Assembly (NCBI RefSeq): GCF_009834535.1
Contig: NC_045697.1
Coordinates: 3,350,001-3,414,000 of the forward strand
DNA from: Camelus ferus
Lineage: Eukaryota
Direction of reading: 5' to 3'
Length of the DNA stretch: 64,000 nucleotides
The notes beneath the pieces are model-generated. The model saw only the letters and a program-made list of their open reading frames with translations, was not told the origin of the DNA and did not search any database. Of the stretch, positions 35,961-47,600 are shown piece after piece (the first letter of the stretch is position 1; each line of letters starts with the position of its first letter). The translations under genes were made by a program, and so were the position numbers.

Positions 35961-36993
35961 AGCTCCCATGAGTACATCTAGCTGCATCACTGGGTCCTAC
36001 ATGCTCCACTGCATGACCCTAACCGAGTGGGATCAGCGCTTCCTAAGGTCCAGCCTCCCCCCACCCCCGAGTACTGACAGCCGACATGGGAACACAGCAG
36101 AAATCCACAGGAAAAGAGCCAACTGCTGCACTGGAACACCATTTGAGCTCAAATATGGCCAGATAAGCTTTATGGCTGCCTGTGGGCCGCCCTCGTCCTG
36201 CAGTCTTCTCTTTCCTCAGCCTCGCTGTTGTGATGGGGAGCTTAATGATGTGCAGAAAGGAAAGGCTTGGGGGCTTTTTAATTACCTGCAATTAATTATC
36301 TGTGGAACAGCGCAAAACCACAAACAGAGCTCAGCAGATGGAGAGATGCTGATCTACTGTTTTGGCAGGAAAAAGAGCAATGATCAAAAAGTGAACACTC
36401 CTGGCTTCCAGCCCCTGGCTGGCCACTTAGGGGGTGTGACAGTCTCAGGCTCCGTGGAGAAATGGAATCAAGTAGACGGCTCACCCTGCCCAGCCCCCAG
36501 GTCCTGGCATCATCGTCAGTGTTCGGGGCTTGGCTGCCCTGCTGTGTGGGTGGTTCTCAGAGCCTGTGCACAGACGGGGCCCTGGGACATGCCAAGACTT
36601 TCAAGTTCATGACCATCAGGAACGGCAGGGCCATTCCGCTACCGCGGGGGCTGTCTGCATGTGGCCGGAGCACCACTCCAGACCCTCCCATCAGGCTCTC
36701 TCTTGCTAAGTCTCCTGGGTGACAAAAGCTCTCCAGAAACACGTGGCAGGAGCTGGGAGCTCTGGGAAGGGGCATCCTGGCAGGAGGCAGATGGCACACT
36801 GGGTTTGTAACTTCTCGTGAATTCTCCAGGACCAGAGCGGGAGAGACACATTAAGGAGAGGCAGCTTGGCTCTGGCCAGTGGAACTGTGGACACCACGGA
36901 CAGGGCTTCCAATGCTGATGCCGCCCTGCCAGGGCCCTGAGGATGGGAGTGACTCAGATCCAAGCGGACAGCAGGTGGGGTTAAGAAAACCTA

Positions 36994-37069
36994 GGGGAGG
37001 GTATAGCTCAGTGGTAGAGTTCCATGCTTAGCATGCACAAGGTCTTAGGTTCAATCCCCAGTATCTCTG

Positions 37070-37110
<41 letters not shown>

Positions 37111-37160
37111 AAAATCTAATTATCTCCCCTCTACCAAAAAAATTTAAAAAAGGAAAAGAA
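36994..37160 (+). mobile_element. tRNA-Ala-derived SINE (vic-1-like) with perfect 11-bp TSD
   Basis: ggggagggtatagctcagtggtagag..cttagcatgcacaaggtc..ggttcaatccccagta; long internal poly(A); TSD aagaaaaccta at 36983-36993 and 37161-37171; TT/AAGA L1-endonuclease site. Confidence 0.95.
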
Positions 37161-39184
37161 AAGAAAACCTACACCTCCCTTCTGCTGTGGGTAACAGTCT
37201 CCCTTGTCAGAGATGGGTAATGAGAGAAACAGAAGGAAAAACAGCATGGTGCTTGGGAAAGGATGCTGCAGCCAAGCTAAAGGAACGTTAGCCTGAGAGT
37301 TCAGAGAAATGTGTTTCCAACTCTGAAACCTGAGTGAAATGGAAGGAAACTTCCGGCTGGGATGTGAGAAGACACAGGCTTTCAGAAAGAGAAGACGGAA
37401 AGGAAAACCTCAGAGTAAGAATGGAACTGAAACTGTCGAGGGTGGCGGGCAGGGAGAGGGGGATGGAGGAGTCAGGGACATCACAGAAGCACCTGTGAAA
37501 CGCCCCCAGAGCAGGAGACAGATAAATGACATTAACCCAAGAGGTAAAAGTGGCCTTATCAGAGCACAGATTGTAAGTCCTCCGGAGGACGCAGCCAGAG
37601 CAACGGTAACAGAGGGAACGTCCCAGAGACAAGGAAGGGAGCCTGCGGGTCAGAGCAGCTCGTGTGCCGGAGAAGGTCGTGACGTCACACCTATCCTGGC
37701 GCATGAGGATATTTCACCCTGAGGAGGGCGACAATCAGGCAAGGTGAATGGACATCAGACTGGTGGGAGGTGCCTCTGTAACGCCAAGCACCAAGCAAAC
37801 AGAGCGCCCCAGACGGGATGCTTGAGAGACACAGGGTGACTCAGAAATCTACATTCACACGTTGCCTTTCGGCTGTGCTGGGGTCGATGAAAGGAATGCC
37901 CAGAAGGCACGGCCAGCCCTCAAAGTCAGAAAAGCCTGACTTTGTGCCCATTTCTGTCACCGTGCCTTGTCCTGGCATGACCCTCCCCCAACTCATCCTA
38001 AAACAGTATTTCAGGATAAATTCCAAGCAGCTAACTCCACAATGGGAGGGACCAGTATAAAACCGCCGTGAGGAGGCATTCATCTACAAGGCTGCCTGCA
38101 CAACTGTAGCAAATACAGACACAGAGGAACAGAGAGGCTGCAAGTGATGCTTGAATGCAAAGCTGTATGATGAAAAAGGAATCATTTAATGACCATCAGC
38201 TGGAGATTGTGCCTGCAGTCCCCAGGGTCCCCTGGTAGCCCTGTTATCTGTTCTGGAGTTTCTGCAGTGCCTGGGACACCAGAGGCAGATGGAAAGACGG
38301 GAGCAATGATTTGCCTGATGCAGGGAGGAGGGCTGTCCTTCATCTCCGTGGGGGCCACAGGGAGCCTCCTGAGGGTCTTCTTTCTTCTGGCTGCTTCTGG
38401 GACCAGGGGTCCCTGCTCACACATGCTGGCCCAAACCCTCCCTTTGAAGTCCTCTGGCTTTGAGGTGCCGCTGCAGGAAGGCCACCCCACTGTGGGTGAC
38501 AGTGCAGCCAAACTCTCTCTCCCTGAGCCAGTGCCCGCACCCCCACATCAGGGGGATGCAAGCGCCTTCACAGCCCATTATGTTCATTTTCTGCGCCAAA
38601 AATATGGCCCCTAAAGGGAAATGACATTGTTCAGTTTCATACTCTCAGATCTTTGCTTTCCTCCCCGCCCCACCCCCAATCTTCTCGTCCACCCAACAAA
38701 GCCATTTCGAGCACATAGCGGACTGAGAGCCACGTCAGTCTTCCCTCGGTGTGCGCACACGGAGGAACCAGGTGGCACCAGGGATCACAAGGGACTGACA
38801 GCACAAATCGCACCCCCTTTTGTGTTTTGCAACGTGCTTCCCTTATTTTGACATCCTCTGGTGCCTGGCGTCGGAGGCTGTAAACGGAGCCCTCATATTA
38901 GGCCAACGGCATCGGCATTCTCAGAGCAGCTGGGTGCCAGCAGCATGGGCTTCACTTTGGAAAACTCACCCACAGTCTGCCGAGCGCTGCAGAATCATGA
39001 CACTCTCAGAACTCTGCCTGCAAACCTATCCAGGCTGGGGCTCACTCCCTCTGGTGGAGCCCCGTGTGGATTCATGGTTTTGGCCCTGGGCTGGGGAGGG
39101 GAGGCAGACACGTAATCTCACTGGCACTTTCTGTGTCTACCACATCCTTGTTCCTTGGAGCGGGAGCAGCAGGGGGACTGACTC

Positions 39185-39335
39185 GCCACCCAGAAAACCT
39201 GAATTGTCCCCATTCCTGTCACTGTAGGACTTTGGGAATGTCCCTTATGTTCCCCAGACCTCAGCAAGCCTCCTGTAAGATGAGGGTGGACACCAGGGAG
39301 TGTCTAAGTTCCTGTCTAGGACCAAATGTCAATTA
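39185..39335 (+). mobile_element. MIR SINE fragment
   Basis: ctgtaggactttggg..cctcag..ctgtaagatgaggg..taggaccaaatg. Confidence 0.45.
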
Positions 39336-40823
39336 AGCATCTCCCTTTCAGCCCATCATGGAACAAAAGCATCTTTTTCTGAAATGCACTCTCTCCATTT
39401 CCAAAGCACTGGGCCAGTGCTGGACACAGACCCAGTTGTAGCATCAGGAGAGGGTGCTTCCAGGATGCCCACCTCTCAGCTTTAAGCATGCTCCCTCCAT
39501 GCCCGACTCAGAGGCCACTGGAATTCTCATTCCCTTGTCATTGAGGAGAAGGAACCGCCCTCCTTATCAGCAACAGTCATTTGTTACTATTAATGACAAC
39601 AGTTTATCCCACTGGCATTTCTGGAACACCTGCTATGTGACAGACATGATGCTGGAGCCAGCATATGGAAGAAGATGGAGATGCTGCTGTAACACAAACA
39701 CTTTACGTTAGAGTCTGCAGAGCTCGTCCACAGACAGTGTCTCAGGCCTCAGCAGTCCACCTCTGGAGCAGGTCTTATGAGTCCTACTTTACTGATGACA
39801 AGGGGAGGACGAGACGTCAGGGCCGCACATAAGACACAGCACATCAGAGGCAGAATCGGGTCTTCCAGCCCCAGGCCCCATGCTCCCCACACTGCACTGA
39901 GTTTGAGGATGAAACGGACCACACATGAGCCTCGAGGGTGCAAGGAAGGCCTGGGCTGAGGGTGGAGCCTGGGGCAAAGTCCTGCTTTGCTGTTTCATGG
40001 TGGGTGACTCGTGCCAACTGAGTCCATGTTCCACCCTGTTTCATTTAAGTCCTTTAGACAGTGGAGGGGGGTTGGAACTCATGACCCTTAACATCTTATC
40101 AGGAGACAACCACCATGACGCCTACCTTATCTCTGACGGCACCACTCAGATCACAAGGATGGGAGACTCAATGCTTGGGAATCACTCCAAACACTAGGAC
40201 GCACCTGAGGTGGGGTCAGACGGTGATGAGTAGATGTGCTGGGCTTTTCCACAACCCCCGCATCTTCCCGCTGGCAGCTGCTATTCCCCAGGCTGATCTG
40301 TTATTGATCTGTCCCAGCACAGCCATTTCTGGGCAATTCTGTGGAGCAGGGTTAAGTTTGCCAAGGTTCTCAGGGACCCAGAGCCAACTGTCTCCATGTC
40401 AACAAATAAGTATCGAGCACATGCTGCGTGCCAGGTGCTGGAAAAACATAGCCCCAGGTTCAACAGATGAGCCCAGGGTGGACGGGGCCTGACGTAAGGG
40501 GCGCCCCTGTGTAGGGAGGGCAGCAAGAAAGGATCTGAGTGGCTGTGATCAGCGGGGCCACTCAGACTGCTTCTAGGCTAAAACTGCAGCTGTAAATGCG
40601 AGTGGGACTGACTGGCCCAGGCAGCGGGGCTTCTGTGGGAGGGGCATCCAAGCAGAGGCTGCACATGCTCTCCTGGACATGGTCTAACCAGAGAGCGGGA
40701 AGTTGAAAGACATCAATTATGCCTCAGGGGTCTCCCAGTCTCAATCTTCTGTGACTCCTTCATCTTTAACAACATTCTACGTAACGATGCAAAACCATCT
40801 AGACACCAACTACCTGGTGATGG

Positions 40824-41402
40824 TGAGGCGGGAAGCCCCATAAAAAAAGACTGGCAGGACCCCCAGGCAGGGCCACTACTCTCCTGCCAGCACCATCTTG
40901 TTCCCTGGCCAGGAAGCTCTTCTCACTTTTTGCCTCTGAAACAGCTTACTTACCCCTAAAATTCTATTGGTTCCCTGAGCTCACTCCTGATTGGTTATTT
41001 CCTTCACTCTTGATTGGTTCATTTCCCTAACTTCTGATTGGTCCATGTGTAGTACTTCAGTTGCATGGATCTCACTCCTGATTAGTCCATTTCCCTCACT
41101 CCTGATTGGTCATTTCTCTCCCTCCTGATTGGTCCATTTCTACAAAGATTGTTCCTAATTAGTCAACTTTCGTTATACCTCATTTGCACATGATGTTGCA
41201 AAGTGTAAACTGGCAGCCTATAAAAGCCAGTGTAAACATACAGATGGGGGTCCAGATTTTGGAGTGTTAACTCCTCTGGGCCCGCTGGCATAATAAGCCT
41301 GAGTTGTCCAACTTTCCAAGTGCTGCTTGGTCTCTCTCCTGGATCCAGGTTGCTGTCACAACTGAGCTGTAACACTGAGCTGTAACACACTTTTCTGCAA
41401 CA
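40824..41402 (+). mobile_element. ERV1-class solo LTR, 579 bp, perfect 4-bp TSD
   Basis: tgaggcgg..ctgcaaca termini; TSD atgg at 40820-40823 and 41403-41406; U3 repeats with ATTGG; TATAAAA at 41219; duplicated actgagctgtaac in U5. Confidence 0.9.
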
Positions 41403-41464
41403 ATGGGTCAGTGAGTTGTGATACGTGCACGGTTTATTTAACCATTATTATAAGGGACTGCAGG

Positions 41465-41730
41465 AGGCAGTTTGGTGCAATGGCAAGATCAAAGCCTTTG
41501 TCATCAGACATCTACCGATTCAAAACCAGCTCTGCCCCTCACTGAGCTGTGTGATCTAGGGCAATTTACTTACCCTCTCTGAGCTTCGGTCTTGAGATCT
41601 GTAAAACTGGGAATAATACTACTTTCATTCCAAAGTTCTTTTGTGTATTAGAATTAACGTTTGTGAACAGTTTAATATCATGCTGAGAACATAAATGGCA
41701 GCCAACTGTAAAAGTGTCTACATCATCATT
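41465..41730 (+). mobile_element. MIR SINE, near full length
   Basis: ttcaaaaccagctctgcccctcactgagctgtgtgatctagggcaatttacttaccctctctgagcttcggt..atctgtaaaactgggaataatac. Confidence 0.85.
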
Positions 41731-42098
41731 ATCTAAATCACCAACTATTTTGAAGCCATTAAGATGATGCTTACAAAGAATCCTCTTCAGTTCTTAATAA
41801 TTTCATCTCATATGATGAAAATTTAGAGTGTGAAAGTTTCTCAGCTACATCACAAAGATTCATAGAAAAAAAGACAAGAAGGAAATACATCAAACTATCA
41901 CAAGAGGCTGTCTCTAGGTGGCGGGTTTCCGGGTATGACACCATTTTCAGTGTTCGAGTTGTCTGCAGTGAGCAAACACGACTGCAGTGGGACGTGTAGG
42001 AGGACTCAGCTGCTGGGTGGGTGTCTGGCAGGAGTCCACGCTGAGCGCAGGAGGGCCTGGCTGGGGCTCGCAACCAAGTGCCACAGAGGCTTGGTTGG

Positions 42099-42119
42099 GT
42101 CAGCACCACGGACAGCGCC
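42099..42119 (+). promoter_or_regulatory. RE1/NRSE (REST/NRSF binding site), canonical
   Basis: GTCAGCACCACGGACAGCGCC matches consensus TTCAGCACCACGGACAGCGCC at 20/21; only the degenerate first position differs. Confidence 0.85.
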
Positions 42120-42654
42120 CAGGGCAGCCAGAGCCCTGGTCAGCGTGGCCTCCTGGCTGGGGAGCTTTGCTGGGTCTCAGGTGACTGGCCGGCCCCCATT
42201 GGGTGGGCTCCCCCCATCCCCGCCACAGCAGGTGCTCCTGCCTCTCAGATGTCATGCCAGCCAAGAAGATGACCTGTGCTTTGTTTTTTTAGGATGGAGT
42301 CTGCTATGGCCTTTGATGGAAAGATCCCTGACTTTGGTTTAACGTTCTGTTTTAAACATACCAGTAACACAAGCAATGAGGTGAACAGAAGCCCACACTG
42401 TCAGAATTCCTATTTCCTCATATCCTGGTCAGACTGGATCATAGTTGCTAACTTTGCTTTTTCCAATGTAAGAAGTAAAAAGGGCATCTAATTTTTTGGC
42501 TGCTTTTCATTTTAATAAACAACTTTCCATATGCTTATTAAAATTTGTATTAAATGTGTTATTTTTCTGTACATTGCTTCTTAAATATCTTTTTCCCTTC
42601 TTCCTTAAAAAATTCTTAATGTAACTTTAAAAAAAAATAGTTAAGGACATAGGA

Positions 42655-42850
42655 AAGCCAAAAGGCTTTGGTGTCAGACAGATCTAGGTTCAAATCTCAG
42701 GTCTGCTCTCTCTCACTGGATAAACCTGGGGAAATCTCTTCCCTGAGCCTCAGTTTCCTCATCTGTATAATGGGGATATATCTCCTTTGTAAGGCTATCT
42801 TAACAATTTTAGTGTAAAACAATGAATTACCACCCAGCACATAGTTATTA
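42655..42850 (+). mobile_element. MIR SINE
   Basis: ggctttggtgtcagacagatctaggttcaaatctc..ctgagcctcagtttcctcatctgtataatggggat. Confidence 0.85.
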
Positions 42851-44680
42851 TTATAATTTGGAAGTGTCTCCCACTAAAACTGGCCCATAGGTCTCTAATT
42901 TCTACACAATGCAAGTAATTCTCCCTACTCAGACTTTGAGATCCATGCTTTTGTCACACTCAGCCACCTGTCCCAGACACATTCCCCCAAGCCCCACTAT
43001 TGTGTCGGGGCATCTGCTGCTGCCCCAAATAGCCCCCGACAGATGGATACTAGAGACGGTCAGTTCCTCTCTGAGACTTTCTATGGGAGAAATTTAAAAG
43101 ATCAAGAAATAATTTTGCAAAGAAGTGGGCAAATACACAAAGCAGTCTCTATCAGATGAAAAAAGGATTGTCTACTTGTATAGAAAATGACAAGTTAAAC
43201 CCACATGCCATGAACTGGAAGGGTCTGCGTTAAGCTTAGGTTTTGGTTGCACAGCCCACAGGGTGAACTGGTTTAATCGAACACCCATTTCCATACCTTC
43301 ATAAGCACAGACATCTAACTGCATATTCCCACCTCCCTGCCTCTGCTCACCCACCCCCCTCATCTGGAATCATGCCACTCTGCTCCTGCATGAACAAATC
43401 ATACCCAAGTCTTACTAGGAACACAGTTGCCTCCTCTTCCAGGAAGTCTTCCTGGATCCCTCCAGGTGGATCCCTCTACGATCCCCTGGCACTTTGCATC
43501 TGCATGTTCTGGGCATCCCAGACATGCATGAGTTTGTCCCCTGCAGCTAGAAGGTGAGCTCCCCAAGACAGGCTGTGCCTCATTCACCTCCACACATTTG
43601 ATGCTTCACACACGGCTCGGGGCAGAGCACGAGCTCTCCAAGTGCATCCTGCTGAGGGCTGGAGTGATGTAGAAGACCTAACGAGAAGCCTGGCCCATTT
43701 CTTACTGGCCTTGTGGCTTCAGGGATACTTGAGGCAGTCCTAAAAGATGAGTAGAACCTGAGAGAGCACCCTGAGGAGGTTGAAAGAACCAAGAATAGTG
43801 TCTTCAGCTTGGCACCTCTACATACGAGAAAATAAGTTCTCTAGGTTGCATTCCACTCAGCTATACCACGGGGATAACAACTCCCACTCCCAAATGTTGT
43901 GTGAATGTAATGAACTTACATGTGTGTGGGTACAGGTGTGGAGGTGGCCCAGGAATTTTGTAGGTACTTACTATGTGGTCGCTATTATAAAGTTTAAAAA
44001 TAATCACAATGATCCAAGTAAACATTAAAACCCCAAGGCACCATTATTCACAGATGGGCCACACAGAGAGGAAGGGAACTGCTCACTGAGGGGACACACA
44101 AGGATGCGACGTCATCTAGGAAGCCCCGTGGGGGGCGAGTGAGGGGTTGGGGGGTGGTGTCACGGGGAGCCAGGAAGGGACACCTGGGCCTGATCGGGCT
44201 CTGTGAGATAGGCTTACATCCTGTACACAGAAATGTGAGGTTTAAATCATCAGCATTTTCCAGTACGAGGCTGAGCAGGATTCCAGACCTGGTGGAAGCT
44301 TCAGGACCAAAAACACCACTTATTCCTCGTTATAGATGGTGAAACCCAGTCCCAGAGAGGCTGCACGTCTTGCCCAAGGCCATCGTTCAGTCCCGGAGCT
44401 GGAACTGGAACCCAGCTGGTCTGCCCGGCTCTCAGGCACCCAGCACTCATTCTCGGCTCTGTTTGCCTTTAGATACACTTCAGATGTAGGGGAACGAAAC
44501 ACTCCCTTGAGCATATGATCAAAATTAAGAAAACTCATCAACCGACTCGAGCTGAGCAGGACAAATTAACTGGAAGTAATTGTGATGGATAATTTGGTCA
44601 TAATTCACATGGGCACACATGAGCTGCTGGCAGTTCACTGAAAAGCTTTTAAAGTCCTTTAGGTCAAGAGCCCCTTCGTT

Positions 44681-44824
44681 TGCCCACCTGACTTCACCCG
44701 TCTGTCCATCCTCCTTCGGATGGACATATGCCCACCTGACTTCACCTGTATGCCACCTAAGTTTACCTATATGCCCACCTGAGCTCATCTGTATGTTCAC
44801 CTGACTTCACCTGTCTGCCCACCA
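44681..44824. repeat. Degenerate 22-bp tandem repeat (tgcccacctgacttcacctgta), ~6 units
   Basis: Directly visible; six CACCTG hexamers. Confidence 0.8.
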
Positions 44825-46009
44825 GAAAGCTGATACCAGGAGATGTAAGGTGCCCTGTCTCTAAGGCACCCAGTCCTCCTTACTTATACACCTGTCACCT
44901 CCCCCCTCCCCTTTCTGCTCTAGACAAATGTTATGATCTCCTACCTGCCTGGCCCCTCCAGCTGCTTAAGCCGGCAGTCTCCTGCTGTCCGTGACAGTTT
45001 CTACCCTGGTGACCCACGCCCTTCCATGCAGACGTTTGCTCCATCTCCAAGATTGTGCGCTCTCTCTCCACCCCTCCGCAACCACACCTTACAAATGTTT
45101 CCCACTGTCATCACTTCCCAGATAAGTAAGCCTTTGAACACAAGCTCCTTGGGTCTTTTTCTGGCTGACTCCTATTCATCCCTCACAGCCCAGTGCAAAG
45201 GTGACCACTGTAGTAAGATGCACCATAGGCTGGATCCGCCCCCTCCTTGCTTACACAGTGCTTGGCTCCCGCAGGCACTCAGTGGCTCTTCTCATCTGAT
45301 TGACCCTCTCCTGTGCTTTATTTGGCTAAATCCAAGGAGAAGTTAATATTAAGTGACAGAATCAATTCATTTTTTTAAAGAAGGTCTTCCAAAAAATGAT
45401 TACTGAAAGTAAGCTCATATTTTTAGAATGAAATTACCCATGAATAGATTCCAGACTGTCTTATGACCACGTGTAGGGAACCAATTCTTCCCAGTGACTC
45501 ACGGGGCCTGAAAACACCATTTCTCTTTGCGGCTACAGTGTTTCAGCTGAGCCGGTGGCTTTGTCAGAAAGGGGAACATGGGGTGGCTCTCTCTCTGGTG
45601 CCGACTAACGCTCTTTCCAGGGACAATGTCCTGATGTTGGGAACTCACCGTCGTCCTTCCCAGCTCAGCCGCATCCTAGCACGGCTGGGCACCAGTCATT
45701 AGAACCTTGTTTGTTCATTGAGATGTGACCCCCTCCCCCCTCCGAAGCGTGACAGTCTCCACTTCATCAATTCACAAGCCAACGGAGCTTTTCAAAAAAC
45801 TAATTTCTCAATTATGAAGTCAGATCATTCATTTGTCAAATTACTGAACAGAAACAGAAACATCAGATAATTCACCTGTCTCACCGCACTGTCAACACTG
45901 GGCCACAAACGCCTCAGCCGTCAGACACGGGCGCCTGCCCGATTCAGCCTGGGAAAGCAGAGGACGAGAGCAGCACAGGCGCGTCCTCCCTAAGAGGACG
46001 CGGGAGCAC

Positions 46010-46510
46010 CCGCGTCACGCCACCGGCTGAGCAGGAGCGAGACGTGCTGTCCGGCCCGGACGCGCCTGTGTGACTGAGGAACCGTGGGCTTTAATTTAGC
46101 TTAATTGTAATTGACTTCAATTTAATTTTTAAAACTGGTACTCGATTCGGTTATTGCAAAACTTAAGTATCTTTGGAGCAACCTGGGCATGCGAGTCTGC
46201 CTGTTCAGCTGGCAGCGTTATGAACTCTAAATACAGATCCAGCACTTTCAGGGAAAATTTAGAGGCTGAACTGAGATGTGCTGTCAGGATAAAATACGAA
46301 CTGGGTTTCATAGACTTAGTGTGAAAAAAAGAGTGTAAAGGATCTCCTTGGTTATTTTTACATCAGTTATTCATTGACATGACAATATTGGCATCAATAA
46401 AATGTACTATTAAAATCAACTTCACTGTTTCTCCTTACTTTTTGAGTGTGGCTAGTAGAAATTTGAAATTTCATACATGGCTCGCATGGTATGTCTGCGG
46501 ATCGACTGGC
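46010..46510 (+). mobile_element. Charlie1/MER33-like hAT DNA transposon remnant with transposase C-terminal fragment
   Basis: 46163-46324 translates LSIFGATWACESACSAGSVMNSKYRSSTFRENLEAELRCAVR.., a hAT dimerisation-domain pattern; 3' part tgtggctagtagaaatttgaaatttcatacatggctcgcat resembles the Charlie1/MER33 end. Confidence 0.8.
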
Positions 46511-47489
46511 AAAGAACTGGGAGGGGGAAGAGCGGATGGAACCTTCCTTTAACAAGAGCGCGGCTGAGGCAGGCTCTAGGGACCGGCTCCCCCTCTGGGG
46601 TCTCCGGTGGCGCCCCGGGCTCCTGCCTCCAGCCCCAGGACCTGCACTGTGTGACATCACACCCGGTCCCCTCTGTCTTCTGTCTCTGTCTCCCCGTCTC
46701 CTCCGTTTGAAGGTCAGGCGGCAGGACTCTCAAAACATCTGAAAGGTGCACGGCGGGTCAGCCCGGGCCAGGAGAAGAGCCACTACGGTCAGGAGACGGC
46801 TGTTTCTCTATCAGAGAAGGGCTGGTGTGAAGCTAAGAAGGGTTAGCAGACCAAGAAGCCTTGCAGGACTGGAGCATTCGCTCAAGGCACCCTCGAGGAC
46901 AACCAGCATCTTTCACACGAACACAGCCATCTCCTTGGAGTCACTCAGCAAAGCTACAGGTCCTCTCACAGATGTGGGCTGACCTTTAAAAGCCCTGAGC
47001 TAGGGGAAAAGGATCCTTCTGCCTCCTTGGTAAGTGCCACCCTCCCTCCCATCGCTTCCCCTCCTTTAATGAGTCACACAGCCCCAGCTGCTCCCCGGCC
47101 CCGCCATCTGCACCCTTCATGGCGTCAGGACGGGCAGGAAATGTCGTGACATTCAATTGTGGCCAGGGCGGGGGACTGGAGAGAGAATTTCATCTCACTC
47201 TTTAAGGCCTGAGTACAAGCAACCCCCTGTGTTCTAAGAGAAGACACGCATTTGGCTCTAAATGCACAAGTTTAGCTGGTGTTCCCGGGGAGGACCCCGC
47301 TTCCCTGGGTGCGCCTCTGCGATGGGGAGGCCGGTCACCAAGGTCATCTGCGGAGAGAAGGACGGCACAGCCCCCCGCTACGTCCTGCCACTGGCGCTGT
47401 GAAGGAACACAGGACAGAGTCCACCCCAGGGGCTCATGCTTGAGCTTCAGGAAGACCGGCTGAGACCAGGGAAACACACAAGCAGATCT

Positions 47490-47600
47490 CTGGAGGCCGC
47501 GAACGAGGAGCCCGCCAACATGAAGGGCTGACGGCAGGGACACGAGCACCCGTAGATGGTCCTGGCAGCAACCCCCCATGGACACTGAGGGCCGGCTGTA
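47490..47600. mobile_element. Tigger/MER2-type DNA transposon terminal fragment
   Basis: ggtcctggcagcaaccccccatggacactgagggccggctgta resembles the Tigger-family TIR region ending CTG-TA. Confidence 0.45.

Noticed and set aside
35551..36612. 353-aa ORF
   Set aside because: Runs through an antisense MIR and enhancer-like DNA; no recognisable family or coding-like composition
36887..36907. Partial RE1 (caccacggacag); also a left half-site ttcagcac at 3310
   Set aside because: The other half-site is missing or mis-spaced; too degenerate to call
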